From the NCBI GenBank assembly GCA_964557535.1, contig CAZLAD010000001.1:124482-183324 (forward strand): a stretch of 58,843 bases of DNA, written 5' to 3'. Below are positions 27,763 through 36,114 of this stretch, piece by piece. This DNA is from an uncultured Candidatus Saccharibacteria bacterium (GTDB lineage Bacteria > Patescibacteriota > Minisyncoccia > Phycocordibacterales > CSBR16-119). The position numbers were made by a program, and so were the translations under genes. Within the stretch, counting starts at the first letter, position 1. Each line of letters begins with the position of its first letter. Under the pieces are notes generated by a model. It ran no database searches and had not been told where the DNA came from. It was given only the letters and a program-made list of their open reading frames with translations.

Positions 27763-27876
27763 TTATTTTCTTCTTCTTAGAATCAATCTGTCCAAAACAA
27801 GCGTAAGTAAAATCCACCACCAACTAAAACCAATAAAGCCGAGAAGTTTTAAAATTATAAATAATACTGTAAACAT
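27763..27876 (-). CDS. 37-aa hydrophobic peptide coupled to gap (absent from the ORF track)
   Basis: MFTVLFIILKLLGFIGFSWWWILLTLVLDRLILRRRK. The ATG lies 1 nt after the gap stop (TAATATG). Confidence 0.4.
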   Translation of the reverse strand: MFTVLFIILKLLGFIGFSWWWILLTLVLDRLILRRRK

Positions 27877-27877
27877 A

Positions 27878-28915
27878 TTATTTTTGTGAGACTTTTAATA
27901 CGTGCTCCACAAGCGTCGCCGTGTATCCCATTTCATTATCGTACCAAGCCATGACTTTAACAAGATTGCCGTCAACGACGCGCGTCATCTCTAGGTCGAC
28001 AATCGACGGAATTGTCACGCCAATGATATCCGAAGAAACAATCGGTTCATCCGTCGCCGTCAGAAGTCCGCGCCATCTATCGCTATTTGCCGCATCAATC
28101 AAAATTTTATTTACTTCTTCAACCGTTGTCGACTTTTTGGAAATAAAAGTTATATCGACTAGCGACCCGACCGGCACTGGCACGCGAATCGAGATGCCGT
28201 CAAATTTACCCGTAAGCGCGGGGAAAGCTTTGGTCACAGCGATAGCAGCGCCGGTTGAACTTGGGACAATGTTTTCGGCAGCAGCACGGCCTTCTCGTAA
28301 ATCCTTTTTCGACGGTCCATCGACAAGTGATTGCGAAGCAGTGTAGCCATGCACGGTGTTTAGAATAGCTTTTTCAATTCCCAAAGATTCGTGAAGAACA
28401 GCGATAAGAGGCGACGAGGCGTTGGTCGTACAGGACGCGTTTGAAGTGATGTCGCAGGTTCCAAACTTATCTTCGTTTACGCCGAGCAAGATTGTCGACG
28501 TTACAGTTGCACCAGCTTCATCCTTGGCTGGCGCAGAGATAACGACATGTTTGGCGCCCTGATCTAAATGAAATTTCGCTTTTTCGTATGAAGTAAAAAG
28601 TCCGGTTGATTCGACAACGACATCTATTTGCAAATCTTTCCACGGAAGTCCTGACGGATCTTTGGAAGAAACAAACTTTGTTTCAAGTTTTTTCGCTCCA
28701 TTTGTGACAACCAAATTGCCATTCGTAAAATCAACGGTGAATGGCGCGCGACCATAAACCGTGTCGTATTTGAGAAGATACGCCAAGGATTCAATCGTAC
28801 CAAGATCGTTAATAGCGACGACCTCAATATCATCTCGCTCCCAGGCGAGTTTATAAAACGCACGACCAATGCGTCCAAAACCGTTTATTGCGACTCTAAC
28901 TTTAGAATTAGACAT
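27878..28915 (-). CDS. gap: type I glyceraldehyde-3-phosphate dehydrogenase
   Basis: INGFGRIGR NAD motif and the SNASCTTN active site. Confidence 0.97.
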   Translation of the reverse strand: MSNSKVRVAINGFGRIGRAFYKLAWERDDIEVVAINDLGTIESLAYLLKYDTVYGRAPFTVDFTNGNLVVTNGAKKLETKFVSSKDPSGLPWKDLQIDVVVESTGLFTSYEKAKFHLDQGAKHVVISAPAKDEAGATVTSTILLGVNEDKFGTCDITSNASCTTNASSPLIAVLHESLGIEKAILNTVHGYTASQSLVDGPSKKDLREGRAAAENIVPSSTGAAIAVTKAFPALTGKFDGISIRVPVPVGSLVDITFISKKSTTVEEVNKILIDAANSDRWRGLLTATDEPIVSSDIIGVTIPSIVDLEMTRVVDGNLVKVMAWYDNEMGYTATLVEHVLKVSQK

Positions 28916-28921
28916 GCCTCC

Positions 28922-28930
28922 ATTTTACCA
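28922..28930 (-). promoter_or_regulatory. extended -10 promoter of gap (TGgTAAAAT), leaderless geometry
   Basis: The minus strand reads TGGTAAAAT followed by ggaggc and then the ATG (6-nt gap). Confidence 0.45.
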
Positions 28931-28975
28931 AATTCAGAGAAATTTTTATTATAAATAATAACGTTTTCCCCATGT

Positions 28976-28998
28976 TCGAGGTTCAACCTCGATACTTA
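28976..28998 (+). repeat. REP-like hairpin, left copy
   Basis: tcgaggt-tca-acctcga followed by tactta; identical 23 nt recur at 29603-29625. Confidence 0.75.
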
Positions 28999-29015
28999 AG
29001 GGTTAAAATAGATGC

Positions 29016-29627
29016 ATGTTACGAAAAGATCCGTTCCTAACTGGTTACGTCTATCACGTATACAATCGCGGTGTGAATAAGATGGATATTTTCAAAAACC
29101 CATCTGATTATTCCCGATTCATGTTTACGTTGGATAAATTTAATTCAAAAGATATCAAAAGAAACACGCGGAGAAATTTTGAGAACCATTCAAAAAACAA
29201 TATTCGCGCTTCGAAAGAAGAAAAGGAACCTTTAGTTAAAATTATTGATCACTGCTTGATGCCAAATCATTACCATCTTTTGATCGAGCAACTCGTCGAC
29301 GGCGGGATTTCAAAATTCCTACAAAAAACAATTACAGGATACACGATGTATTTTAATCTTAGGCACCAAAGGTCGGGCGTGTTGTTTCAAGGGCGCACAA
29401 AATCAAAACTAGTCGACACTGATGAATACCGAATGTGGCTCAAAGATTATTTCGCGCTCAATCCACTCGATCTGTGCGAACCAAATTGGAAAGAGCGTGG
29501 AGTTAAAGACAAAAAGAAGGCGATTAAATTCCTACAAAATTATAAATGGCGAAGTGAATATGATTATTCGACAAAAGATATAAGTGATTTAATCGACCAA
29601 GTATCGAGGTTCAACCTCGATACTTAG
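29016..29627 (+). CDS. REP-associated tyrosine transposase (RAYT) / IS200-like Y1 transposase
   Basis: HUH motif in CLMPNHYHLLIEQ, a downstream Tyr region (ITGYTMYFNLRH) and the N-terminal YHVYNRG pattern of PF01797-type proteins. Confidence 0.8.
   Translation: MLRKDPFLTGYVYHVYNRGVNKMDIFKNPSDYSRFMFTLDKFNSKDIKRNTRRNFENHSKNNIRASKEEKEPLVKIIDHCLMPNHYHLLIEQLVDGGISKFLQKTITGYTMYFNLRHQRSGVLFQGRTKSKLVDTDEYRMWLKDYFALNPLDLCEPNWKERGVKDKKKAIKFLQNYKWRSEYDYSTKDISDLIDQVSRFNLDT
29599..29625 (+). repeat. REP-like hairpin, right copy (12-bp perfect stem) inside the RAYT 3' end
   Basis: aagtatcgaggt-tca-acctcgatactt. Confidence 0.75.
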
Positions 29628-29666
29628 AGTTTTTGGTCGTCATGAAAAACAACTGTGGAAAAGCAA

Positions 29667-29690
29667 AGCGCCCCGGTGGTCCGGGGCGCT
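29667..29690 (-). terminator. intrinsic terminator of ORF 29716-29928
   Basis: agcgccccgg-tggt-ccggggcgct, a 10-bp stem. The minus strand continues ttgcttttcc. Confidence 0.6.
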
Positions 29691-29715
29691 GGCTTCAAGT
29701 GGTCTTGCTTCACTT

Positions 29716-29928
29716 TCAATGGGATCGTCGACCGATGGTCAGCCTGGTAGAACTTCGATCGATTAGTTCGTCTTTCCCGTCATGCGTAACGACGAGTGCA
29801 TCACCCGAGTACGTAATGATGATAGAAGTCCCGTGACGACCTTTCTTTTTTATCGTCAAGAAGGTCTCCGATCGAGTTACTCGGAAGTCCTTGTCGTCAA
29901 GGACAACTCCCGTAGCATCTGTTGCCAT
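29716..29928 (-). CDS. hypothetical protein (GC-richer ORFan)
   Basis: 70-aa ORF with its own terminator. No family recognised. Confidence 0.4.
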   Translation of the reverse strand: MATDATGVVLDDKDFRVTRSETFLTIKKKGRHGTSIIITYSGDALVVTHDGKDELIDRSSTRLTIGRRSH

Positions 29929-29983
29929 GAATTTTGATTTTGGTGACTTGTGCTTTTGTCGAATCTTTTATAGCATTTTGTTG

Positions 29984-31390
29984 CTATCTTGTCAATAGTT
30001 CAGTAAGTATCTTTAAAGCTAGTTGCGGATTCGCGCTTCCCTTTGATTCCTTCATGAACTGCCCCACGAGGAACTGGATGGATTTTTCTTTGCCGGCTTT
30101 GTATTCGGCGACGACGGTTGGATTGGCGGAAATGACGGCTTCGGCAATGGTTTTGAGTTTGCTTTCATCAAATTCCTGGATAAGACCGTGTTCTTTGGCA
30201 AAGTTTTCTGGATCAATATCCGCTTTCACAATTTCCAGAATTAAATCTTTGGCCGCGCGAGAGTTAATCTTGTTTTCTTCAAGCATCTTCATAATCTTGC
30301 CGAAACTTTTTGGATTTGGAAACTTGAAATTCATATCAGCTGACCGTAAACCTACCAAGTCTGAAAGAATGTAATTTGTGGTCTTTACGATTAGAGGTCC
30401 GACCTCTAATCGAGTTACGTCCTCAAAGAATTTTAGAAGCTCGAAATCCCCGACAAGTATTTCAACATCTTCAGTTTTGATACCAAGCGATTTTAGACGC
30501 TCGCGCTTCTGCCATGGAAGTTCTGGAAGCTCGGATTTCATCTTTTCCAAATCAAAAACTTCGTGTACATGCATTTTCGGCAAATCCGGTTCTGGGAAAT
30601 AGCGATAGTCTTCGGAGTTTTCTTTTGAACGCTGAGAGAATGTTATTTGTTTGTTTTCATCCCAGCCACGAGTTTCCTGAACAATTTCACTCCCCTTGCC
30701 CGCTTCAAGCAATGCAATATGTCGATCGATTTCAAATTTAGCTGCTTTCTCGACAGCTTTAAACGAGTTTATATTTTTCACCTCCACCTTTGTACCGAAT
30801 TTGTCGGTGTCGGAAACAGAAAGGTTTAGCTCCACGCGCATTTCGCCTTTTTCCATGTTGGCGTCAGATACTCCAAGCGTCCGAAGAAGTAGTTGTAATT
30901 CACGTCCAAAATTTCCAGCCTGTTCGGCGCTGTGAATGACTGGTTCGGTCACGAGTTCCATCAAGGGCACTCCGGCGCGATTGAAATCTATGAGCGAAGT
31001 ATTGTCGCCATGTTTGTTGTTCGCGGTGTCTTCTTCGAGATGGATTCTGGTAATTTTGACGCCATTTAATTCCCCGCCCGAAACAATCGGATATTTGTAT
31101 TGAGAAATTTGATAGCCTTTTGGAATGTCGGGATAGAAATAATTTTTCCTGTCCCATTCGGTGAAGTTCGCGATGTTGCCGTTTATAGCCAGGCCAACAT
31201 TGATCACATTCTCAATCGCTTGATTGTTCAAGACAGGCAAAGTTCCCGGATGTGCCATGCACACTGGGCAAATGTTGGTATTTGGCTTTTCCTCATCAGG
31301 ATCGTTCTTGCACCCGCAAAACATCTTGGAAGCGGTTTTCAGCTCTGCGTGCACTTCGAGACCGATGGTAACTCTATACTTGGATTCCAT
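29984..31390 (-). CDS. gatB: Asp-tRNA(Asn)/Glu-tRNA(Gln) amidotransferase subunit B
   Basis: IGLEVHAEL...KMFCGC...NICPVCMAHPGTLP N-terminus and a GatB/YqeY tail. Confidence 0.96.
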   Translation of the reverse strand: MESKYRVTIGLEVHAELKTASKMFCGCKNDPDEEKPNTNICPVCMAHPGTLPVLNNQAIENVINVGLAINGNIANFTEWDRKNYFYPDIPKGYQISQYKYPIVSGGELNGVKITRIHLEEDTANNKHGDNTSLIDFNRAGVPLMELVTEPVIHSAEQAGNFGRELQLLLRTLGVSDANMEKGEMRVELNLSVSDTDKFGTKVEVKNINSFKAVEKAAKFEIDRHIALLEAGKGSEIVQETRGWDENKQITFSQRSKENSEDYRYFPEPDLPKMHVHEVFDLEKMKSELPELPWQKRERLKSLGIKTEDVEILVGDFELLKFFEDVTRLEVGPLIVKTTNYILSDLVGLRSADMNFKFPNPKSFGKIMKMLEENKINSRAAKDLILEIVKADIDPENFAKEHGLIQEFDESKLKTIAEAVISANPTVVAEYKAGKEKSIQFLVGQFMKESKGSANPQLALKILTELLTR

Positions 31391-31397
31391 AGCAGAA

Positions 31398-31406
31398 AGT
31401 ATACCA
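31398..31406 (-). promoter_or_regulatory. extended -10 promoter of gatB (TGgTATACT), leaderless geometry
   Basis: The ATG at 31390 lies 7 nt after the -10. Confidence 0.45.
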
Positions 31407-31474
31407 AAATAAGGAAATTTCTAAGTTATTGACAAATAATAAATTTAGGATACTATCAGAAAAAACAAACGAAC

Positions 31475-31726
31475 ATGCCTCTAAAGAGAAACAGGAGCCG
31501 AGAAATTGGCTATGCCGTACTGAAGGAACTACTCCTCGCAGGTGTAATAAAAAAGGCCCATGTTTTAGACGCACTAGAAAATCTCAAGAAACTAGGCATC
31601 CTGAAAGGATTAGGCGAGGACATGATGTTTATGAACAGGCTCGAGCACACATCATCTCCGAGATGGCAAAGACATAGAAGCGAAACCCTGAACAAGCATA
31701 CGAATAATGGCCCAAAACGAAAGTGA
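31475..31726 (+). CDS. hypothetical basic protein
   Basis: 83-aa ORF. Upstream is TTGACA (31428-31433), then 16 nt, then TACTAT. Hairpin aatggccc/gggccatt plus a T-run lies at 31706-31745. Confidence 0.4.
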   Translation: MPLKRNRSREIGYAVLKELLLAGVIKKAHVLDALENLKKLGILKGLGEDMMFMNRLEHTSSPRWQRHRSETLNKHTNNGPKRK

Positions 31727-31739
31727 GGGCCATTTTCTT

Positions 31740-32708
31740 TTATTTTCTTAAAATCTTCACCAATTCATCCCCCACTTTTTTTACTGACTCGTCGTCAAAT
31801 GCTGACATGGTAAGTACTGTTTTGTTTAGTCCCTCGAATTCTTTTTTTGTTTTCGCCACAGTTTCGGTGTCTACGACATCAGTTTTGGTGAGAATTATGA
31901 CTTCGTCTTTCTTCGCGAGATCCGCGTCGTAATTTTCGAGTTCTTTGCGAATATTTTTGTACGCTTTCATCAAGTCTTCCTGCTCAAAAGATACGAGATG
32001 TGCCAACATTTTCGTGCGCTTGATGTGCTTAAGGAATTTTACACCCAAGCCCTTGCCTTCACTTGCGCCCTCGATAATTCCTGGGATATCGGCAATGACA
32101 AATTCTTGGAGAGTTCCAAGATGCGGATCAAGCGTGGTGAAAGCATACGCGCCAATTTTTGATTTAGAATTTGTGACCGCGTTTATGAGCGTTGATTTAC
32201 CAGCGTTTGGATAACCGACAAGCCCAAGGTCGGCAAAGAGTCGGAGCTCGACGAGCAAATTTGCCGTCTCGCCCGGCTTGCCTGGAGTCGATTCATATGG
32301 GGTTGTGTTTACTGATGATTTGAAATGCTCGTTTCCAAGTCCGCCCTTGCCGCCCTTCAAAATTTGAATTTTCTGACCTTCTTCGAGAAGTTCATAAACC
32401 TCGCCGTTGTCGAGATTGGTCACAACCGATCCAACCGGAAGTTTGATAAACATGTCTTCGCCATCTTCGCCTTTCATTTTTTTCTTGGCACCGTGTTCAC
32501 CGTTTGGAGCGATGAATCGCGTATCGTGTGTGTAACTTGCCAAAAGTCCAGAGTCTTTGACTCCTTCTATATAGACATCGGCCCCGCGACCACCGTCACC
32601 GCCGGCTGGTCCACCACGATCTTCAAATTTATCCTGACGCCAACGAACAACCCCGTCTCCACCAGTTCCAGCGCGCGCGTAAATTTTTAGTTCGTCGACA
32701 AATGCCAT
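31740..32708 (-). CDS. obg: GTPase Obg/CgtA
   Basis: [19 protein letters not shown] Obg fold; G1 GYPNAGKST; G3 DIPG; NK.D-like TKTD. Confidence 0.96.
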   Translation of the reverse strand: MAFVDELKIYARAGTGGDGVVRWRQDKFEDRGGPAGGDGGRGADVYIEGVKDSGLLASYTHDTRFIAPNGEHGAKKKMKGEDGEDMFIKLPVGSVVTNLDNGEVYELLEEGQKIQILKGGKGGLGNEHFKSSVNTTPYESTPGKPGETANLLVELRLFADLGLVGYPNAGKSTLINAVTNSKSKIGAYAFTTLDPHLGTLQEFVIADIPGIIEGASEGKGLGVKFLKHIKRTKMLAHLVSFEQEDLMKAYKNIRKELENYDADLAKKDEVIILTKTDVVDTETVAKTKKEFEGLNKTVLTMSAFDDESVKKVGDELVKILRK

Positions 32709-32715
32709 TTTGATT

Positions 32716-32744
32716 AGTGCGTAGTACGTAGAAAGTAGTAAGTA
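32716..32744. repeat. 29-nt GTA-word motif, copy 3
   Basis: agtgcgtagtacgtagaaagtagtaagta is 26/29 identical and colinear with 25911-25939. Lies 8 nt upstream of the obg ATG. Confidence 0.65.
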
Positions 32745-32767
32745 GAAACGGACGGCACAAAGAAAGA

Positions 32768-33691
32768 TTAGCTGTTTAGGGCTTTTTTAGCAAGTTTGAT
32801 CGCGCCTTCGCGAGTTTTGGCTCCAGCTAGAAATCTCTTTGGATGTGCGAACAAAGCGTCGGCGACGCCGGTTATTTGAGCGAATTTTTCGTCTCTTTCT
32901 CCAGCCCAAGATTCCGGTAGAGGTTTACGCGGTTTGAACATTTCTTCTTCGATCGCTTGAACATGCCAATTACCTATGTGGCTCGGATAAACAACATAGA
33001 CAGTATCAAGTTTGTCTTTCAAAACTTTCTGCCAAGACCAATGCCCCTCGAGAACGATGACGCCTTTGTCGCGAGCTTTTTCATATGCTTCTTCGACGTA
33101 GACTTGGCCCTCGAGTTTGTCGGTGATTCTCTCTATCAATCGAAGAAGAATTATTTTTGCCGCCCCCACCATTTTCAAAAAGTTCTTGTCGTTGGCCGTA
33201 GCATCTTCTTTCCAAGTTGTATTGAAGAAAGAAACGACATTTGAAATTTCAACCGGCAAAATATCAAGATCGAGTTCACGATAAATTCGGTGACCATTGT
33301 CGTGCGCATCGATTGACGTCACGAATTTCTCATCAATTTCGGCCCAAATCGAATCAGACAAAACAATTTCTCGGCCGAAATGTTTCCAGACAAGACCAAA
33401 CGCGGCATACGGCACGCCGTTTTCACGATTTCCCGCGCCACCACGCTGATGATGATCAAAAATATTTTTCTCTGGGCTGTATTCCCCGCCGACGTCAAAG
33501 ACGAAGTCTCCGCGAGCAAAATCAGCTTCGTTTCTCGAACGAATTACTTTGTATCCTATATTTTTCTTTTCCAAAAATATTTCCAAAGTCGCGCAAGCGA
33601 AAACATCGTCGGCGTGAAATGCTCCGTTGTGAGTTACTAAAATTTTACGTCGCTTGAAAATATTAATCACGTTTTTTGAATACTCGGTCAA
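32768..33691 (-). CDS. MYG1 family (UPF0160) metal-dependent hydrolase
   Basis: [15 protein letters not shown]...FDHHQ motifs. Confidence 0.88.
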   Translation of the reverse strand: MTEYSKNVINIFKRRKILVTHNGAFHADDVFACATLEIFLEKKNIGYKVIRSRNEADFARGDFVFDVGGEYSPEKNIFDHHQRGGAGNRENGVPYAAFGLVWKHFGREIVLSDSIWAEIDEKFVTSIDAHDNGHRIYRELDLDILPVEISNVVSFFNTTWKEDATANDKNFLKMVGAAKIILLRLIERITDKLEGQVYVEEAYEKARDKGVIVLEGHWSWQKVLKDKLDTVYVVYPSHIGNWHVQAIEEEMFKPRKPLPESWAGERDEKFAQITGVADALFAHPKRFLAGAKTREGAIKLAKKALNS

Positions 33692-34007
33692 ACAACCAGT
33701 TAAGTACAGAAACTACTAATGATCCGAGAAGTGCCGCAGTAAATGTGTCGACAGCCATGCCCGGTACGAGTCCAGAAACGAACCAGAAGAACAGCGCGTT
33801 TAAGATGAGAAGGAATAGTCCAAGTGTGATGATGGTAATCGGGAGCGTCAAAATCTTCACGATCGGTTTGATGATGACCTGAATGATCGTAAGCGCCACA
33901 CCAGCAATGAGAGCTGTGGTAATGGCGTCAACATGAATTCCGGCAATCAAATAATCCGCGGCCAAGACCGCGAGCACCATAAATATAAATCTAAAAAATA
34001 GTCTCAT
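33663..34007 (-). CDS. phage holin family 4-like (PF04020/YvlD-type) membrane protein
   Basis: 114 aa with four TM helices and the typical LAADYLIAGIHVD...IKPIVKILTLPITIITLGLF pattern. Confidence 0.7.
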   Translation of the reverse strand: MRLFFRFIFMVLAVLAADYLIAGIHVDAITTALIAGVALTIIQVIIKPIVKILTLPITIITLGLFLLILNALFFWFVSGLVPGMAVDTFTAALLGSLVVSVLNWLFDRVFKKRD

Positions 34008-34033
34008 GTTGTTTAAGTATAAAGTATTAAGTA

Positions 34034-34489
34034 TTAAGCAAACAGTGCGTCGACTACATTTTTAACATCTCCACCATCAGCTTTGCCTTTCAAGTCTTTC
34101 ATGAGCGCACCAACTAGCATACCTTTCTTTGAAGCATCGGTTACGCCCATTTCTTCCTTCTTGGCAACAGCTAATTTTTGAATTTCTTCGACTGACATCA
34201 TAACAGGCAGAAATTCTTGGAGGATTGCAAGTTCTTTTTCTTCGTTTTCGGCCAAATCATCTCGACCACCGGCGCGAAATTGATTGATCGATTCTTTGCG
34301 CTGTTTGGCGAGTCTTGTTATGACCGTAATCGCATCTTCGTCCGGAAGAGGTTCTTGGGGCGTACGTTTGGTCGCCACGAGCTCGTTCGTAAATGCGCTC
34401 GAAAGTCCGCGCATGACGAGAAGCCTGATTTCATCTTTGGCTTTCATGGCCGTCTTTATTTCTTCTTTGATTTTTTCTTGGATTGTCAT
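34034..34489 (-). CDS. GatB/YqeY domain-containing protein
   Basis: IKEEIKTAMKAKDEIRL...LSSAF...RKESI..F..GGR..LA..E pattern. Confidence 0.9.
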   Translation of the reverse strand: MTIQEKIKEEIKTAMKAKDEIRLLVMRGLSSAFTNELVATKRTPQEPLPDEDAITVITRLAKQRKESINQFRAGGRDDLAENEEKELAILQEFLPVMMSVEEIQKLAVAKKEEMGVTDASKKGMLVGALMKDLKGKADGGDVKNVVDALFA

Positions 34490-34490
34490 T

Positions 34491-34868
34491 TTATTTTGAA
34501 GATTTTGATTTCTTATTTTCTAAATTCCAAACTCTGGCTGATAAATTATCGAATTCGAATCTCGTGGGAAATTTTTCATTCAAATTTAAAATATCATTAC
34601 TAATCTTTTTCTGACCATTTTCAATATTATTCAATCGTCCTTCGACTTTATCAATCCGTTTTTCCACGCTCGAAAAACTATTCTGCGTCATAATTGCAAG
34701 TCTTTCAATCTCTTCTTCAATTTTGTTATTTAAACTTTTGCCTAAAACATTAATCTTTTTTGTCTGACCAGAAAAACCCGCTTTCATCTCCTGAGATAAA
34801 GTGCTAATCGACGAAGCTAAATCCTCAATGGTCATTTTCTTTTTGGATTTTTTGACAGGCTTTTTCAT
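34491..34868 (-). CDS. hypothetical coiled-coil protein
   Basis: 125 aa, K-rich N- and C-termini. No family recognised. Confidence 0.5.
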   Translation of the reverse strand: MKKPVKKSKKKMTIEDLASSISTLSQEMKAGFSGQTKKINVLGKSLNNKIEEEIERLAIMTQNSFSSVEKRIDKVEGRLNNIENGQKKISNDILNLNEKFPTRFEFDNLSARVWNLENKKSKSSK

Positions 34869-34887
34869 GACGAAATTTTATCATATC

Positions 34888-34896
34888 TGCTATACT
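34888..34896 (+). promoter_or_regulatory. extended -10 promoter (TGcTATACT), leaderless geometry
   Basis: The ATG at 34903 lies 6 nt after the -10. Confidence 0.45.
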
Positions 34897-34902
34897 TTCA
34901 CC

Positions 34903-35619
34903 ATGTCCAAAAAGTTAATTTTTCTCGATACCGAAACGACCGGCAACATGCCGTCTGACCGGCTTTGCCAAATTGCTTACAAAACTGACGACGAAACTGT
35001 CTCGGAGATGTATAAACCGCCCGTGCCGATTACTATCGAATCCATGGCCGTGCATCACATCACTGAGAAAATGGTTGCCGACAAGCCGGCCTTCGTTGAT
35101 AGTCCTGAATTTGCCAAACTCAAAGAACTCTTTGAAACCGACATCATCTTCGTCGCCCACAACGCCAAGTTCGACGTCTTGATGCTCGAAAAAGAAGGTT
35201 TGAAACCAAAATTCGTCATCGACACTTATCGCGTCGCGAGACACTTGGATCCGGATGGCAAAATCCCGTCATACCGCCTGCAATATTTGCGCTATCTTTT
35301 GGGAATTGAAATCGAAGCAACGGCTCATGACGCGCTTGGCGATGTGCTCGTCCTAGAAAAACTTTTTGAAAGACTTCTGAAGAAAATAATGGAGGCCGAA
35401 AATCTATCTCGTGACACGGCAATTGACCAGATGATTGATATCTCGAGTCATCCGGTGCTTTTTAAATTCATGAACTTTGGGAAATACAAAAATTCGAGTC
35501 TCGAAGAAATCGCCAAAAAAGATCCAGCCTATCTACGTTGGCTACTCGAACAAAAACGTCAAAATCCCGAAGAAGAGGAAGACTGGATTTATACCCTTGA
35601 ACATTTCCTGAATTTGTAG
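34903..35619 (+). CDS. DEDDh 3'-5' exonuclease (DnaQ-like) with C-terminal DUF3820-like tail
   Basis: Exo I FLDTETTG, Exo II VAHNAKFD, Exo III HDALGDV. The tail is FGKYKNSSLEEIAKKDPAYLRWLL. Start moved to the ATG at 34903. Confidence 0.85.
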   Translation: MSKKLIFLDTETTGNMPSDRLCQIAYKTDDETVSEMYKPPVPITIESMAVHHITEKMVADKPAFVDSPEFAKLKELFETDIIFVAHNAKFDVLMLEKEGLKPKFVIDTYRVARHLDPDGKIPSYRLQYLRYLLGIEIEATAHDALGDVLVLEKLFERLLKKIMEAENLSRDTAIDQMIDISSHPVLFKFMNFGKYKNSSLEEIAKKDPAYLRWLLEQKRQNPEEEEDWIYTLEHFLNL

Positions 35620-35644
35620 TATAGTTTTTCACAAACTCACCACC

Positions 35645-35914
35645 ATGGCACAAAAAACCTGGACTCAGACGTTCTATTGGTTCGTTCGCCTCTACCTGTC
35701 TGTTCTGGCCCCAGTGCACATCGGCATTGCGGTGCCGAAGGATATCGCGGCCTCTAACGGTTTCCACTGGTCGCTTGTCCCACTGGGTGTCGCCCTTTGG
35801 CTGTTGTCTGGGTGGCTCTTGCTCCCCAGGCACACCAAATTCGTTGGGCAATTGCTCTATGAGTTCTGGCTGTTGGCCATATGTGCAACCGAACAAGAAC
35901 CCACTGAAACATGA
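35645..35914 (+). CDS. hypothetical membrane protein (GC-rich islet, gene 1)
   Basis: 89 aa with 2-3 TM helices. The stop overlaps the next ATG (ATGA). Confidence 0.5.
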   Translation: MAQKTWTQTFYWFVRLYLSVLAPVHIGIAVPKDIAASNGFHWSLVPLGVALWLLSGWLLLPRHTKFVGQLLYEFWLLAICATEQEPTET

Positions 35915-36048
35915 GGAGAATACTGGGCAACATCAGTGATTACACGTTCTTTCTTTTGATCCTTGTTGTGGCATTTGTCATCACCTGGCTGGTCCAGTTT
36001 ACGGACTTCGTCAGGGGTGAAAAAACGCCTCCCCAAGGATACCTCTGA
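35911..36048 (+). CDS. 45-aa membrane peptide (GC-rich islet, gene 2; absent from the ORF track)
   Basis: MRRILGNISDYTFFLLILVVAFVITWLVQFTDFVRGEKTPPQGYL. ATGA overlap with gene 1; followed by the terminator at 36071. Confidence 0.4.
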   Translation: MRRILGNISDYTFFLLILVVAFVITWLVQFTDFVRGEKTPPQGYL

Positions 36049-36070
36049 AGGACTTCGGTCCAGAAGACTG

Positions 36071-36098
36071 GCCCCCGCAATGGGGGCTTTGTCGTTTG
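36071..36098 (+). terminator. intrinsic terminator of the two-gene islet
   Basis: gccccc-gcaat-gggggc followed by tttgtcgtttg. Confidence 0.6.
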
Positions 36099-36107
36099 TG
36101 GTAAAAT
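36099..36107 (+). promoter_or_regulatory. extended -10 promoter of rmuC (TGgTAAAAT), leaderless geometry
   Basis: The ATG at 36115 lies 7 nt after the -10. Confidence 0.5.
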
Positions 36108-36114
36108 TATATCC

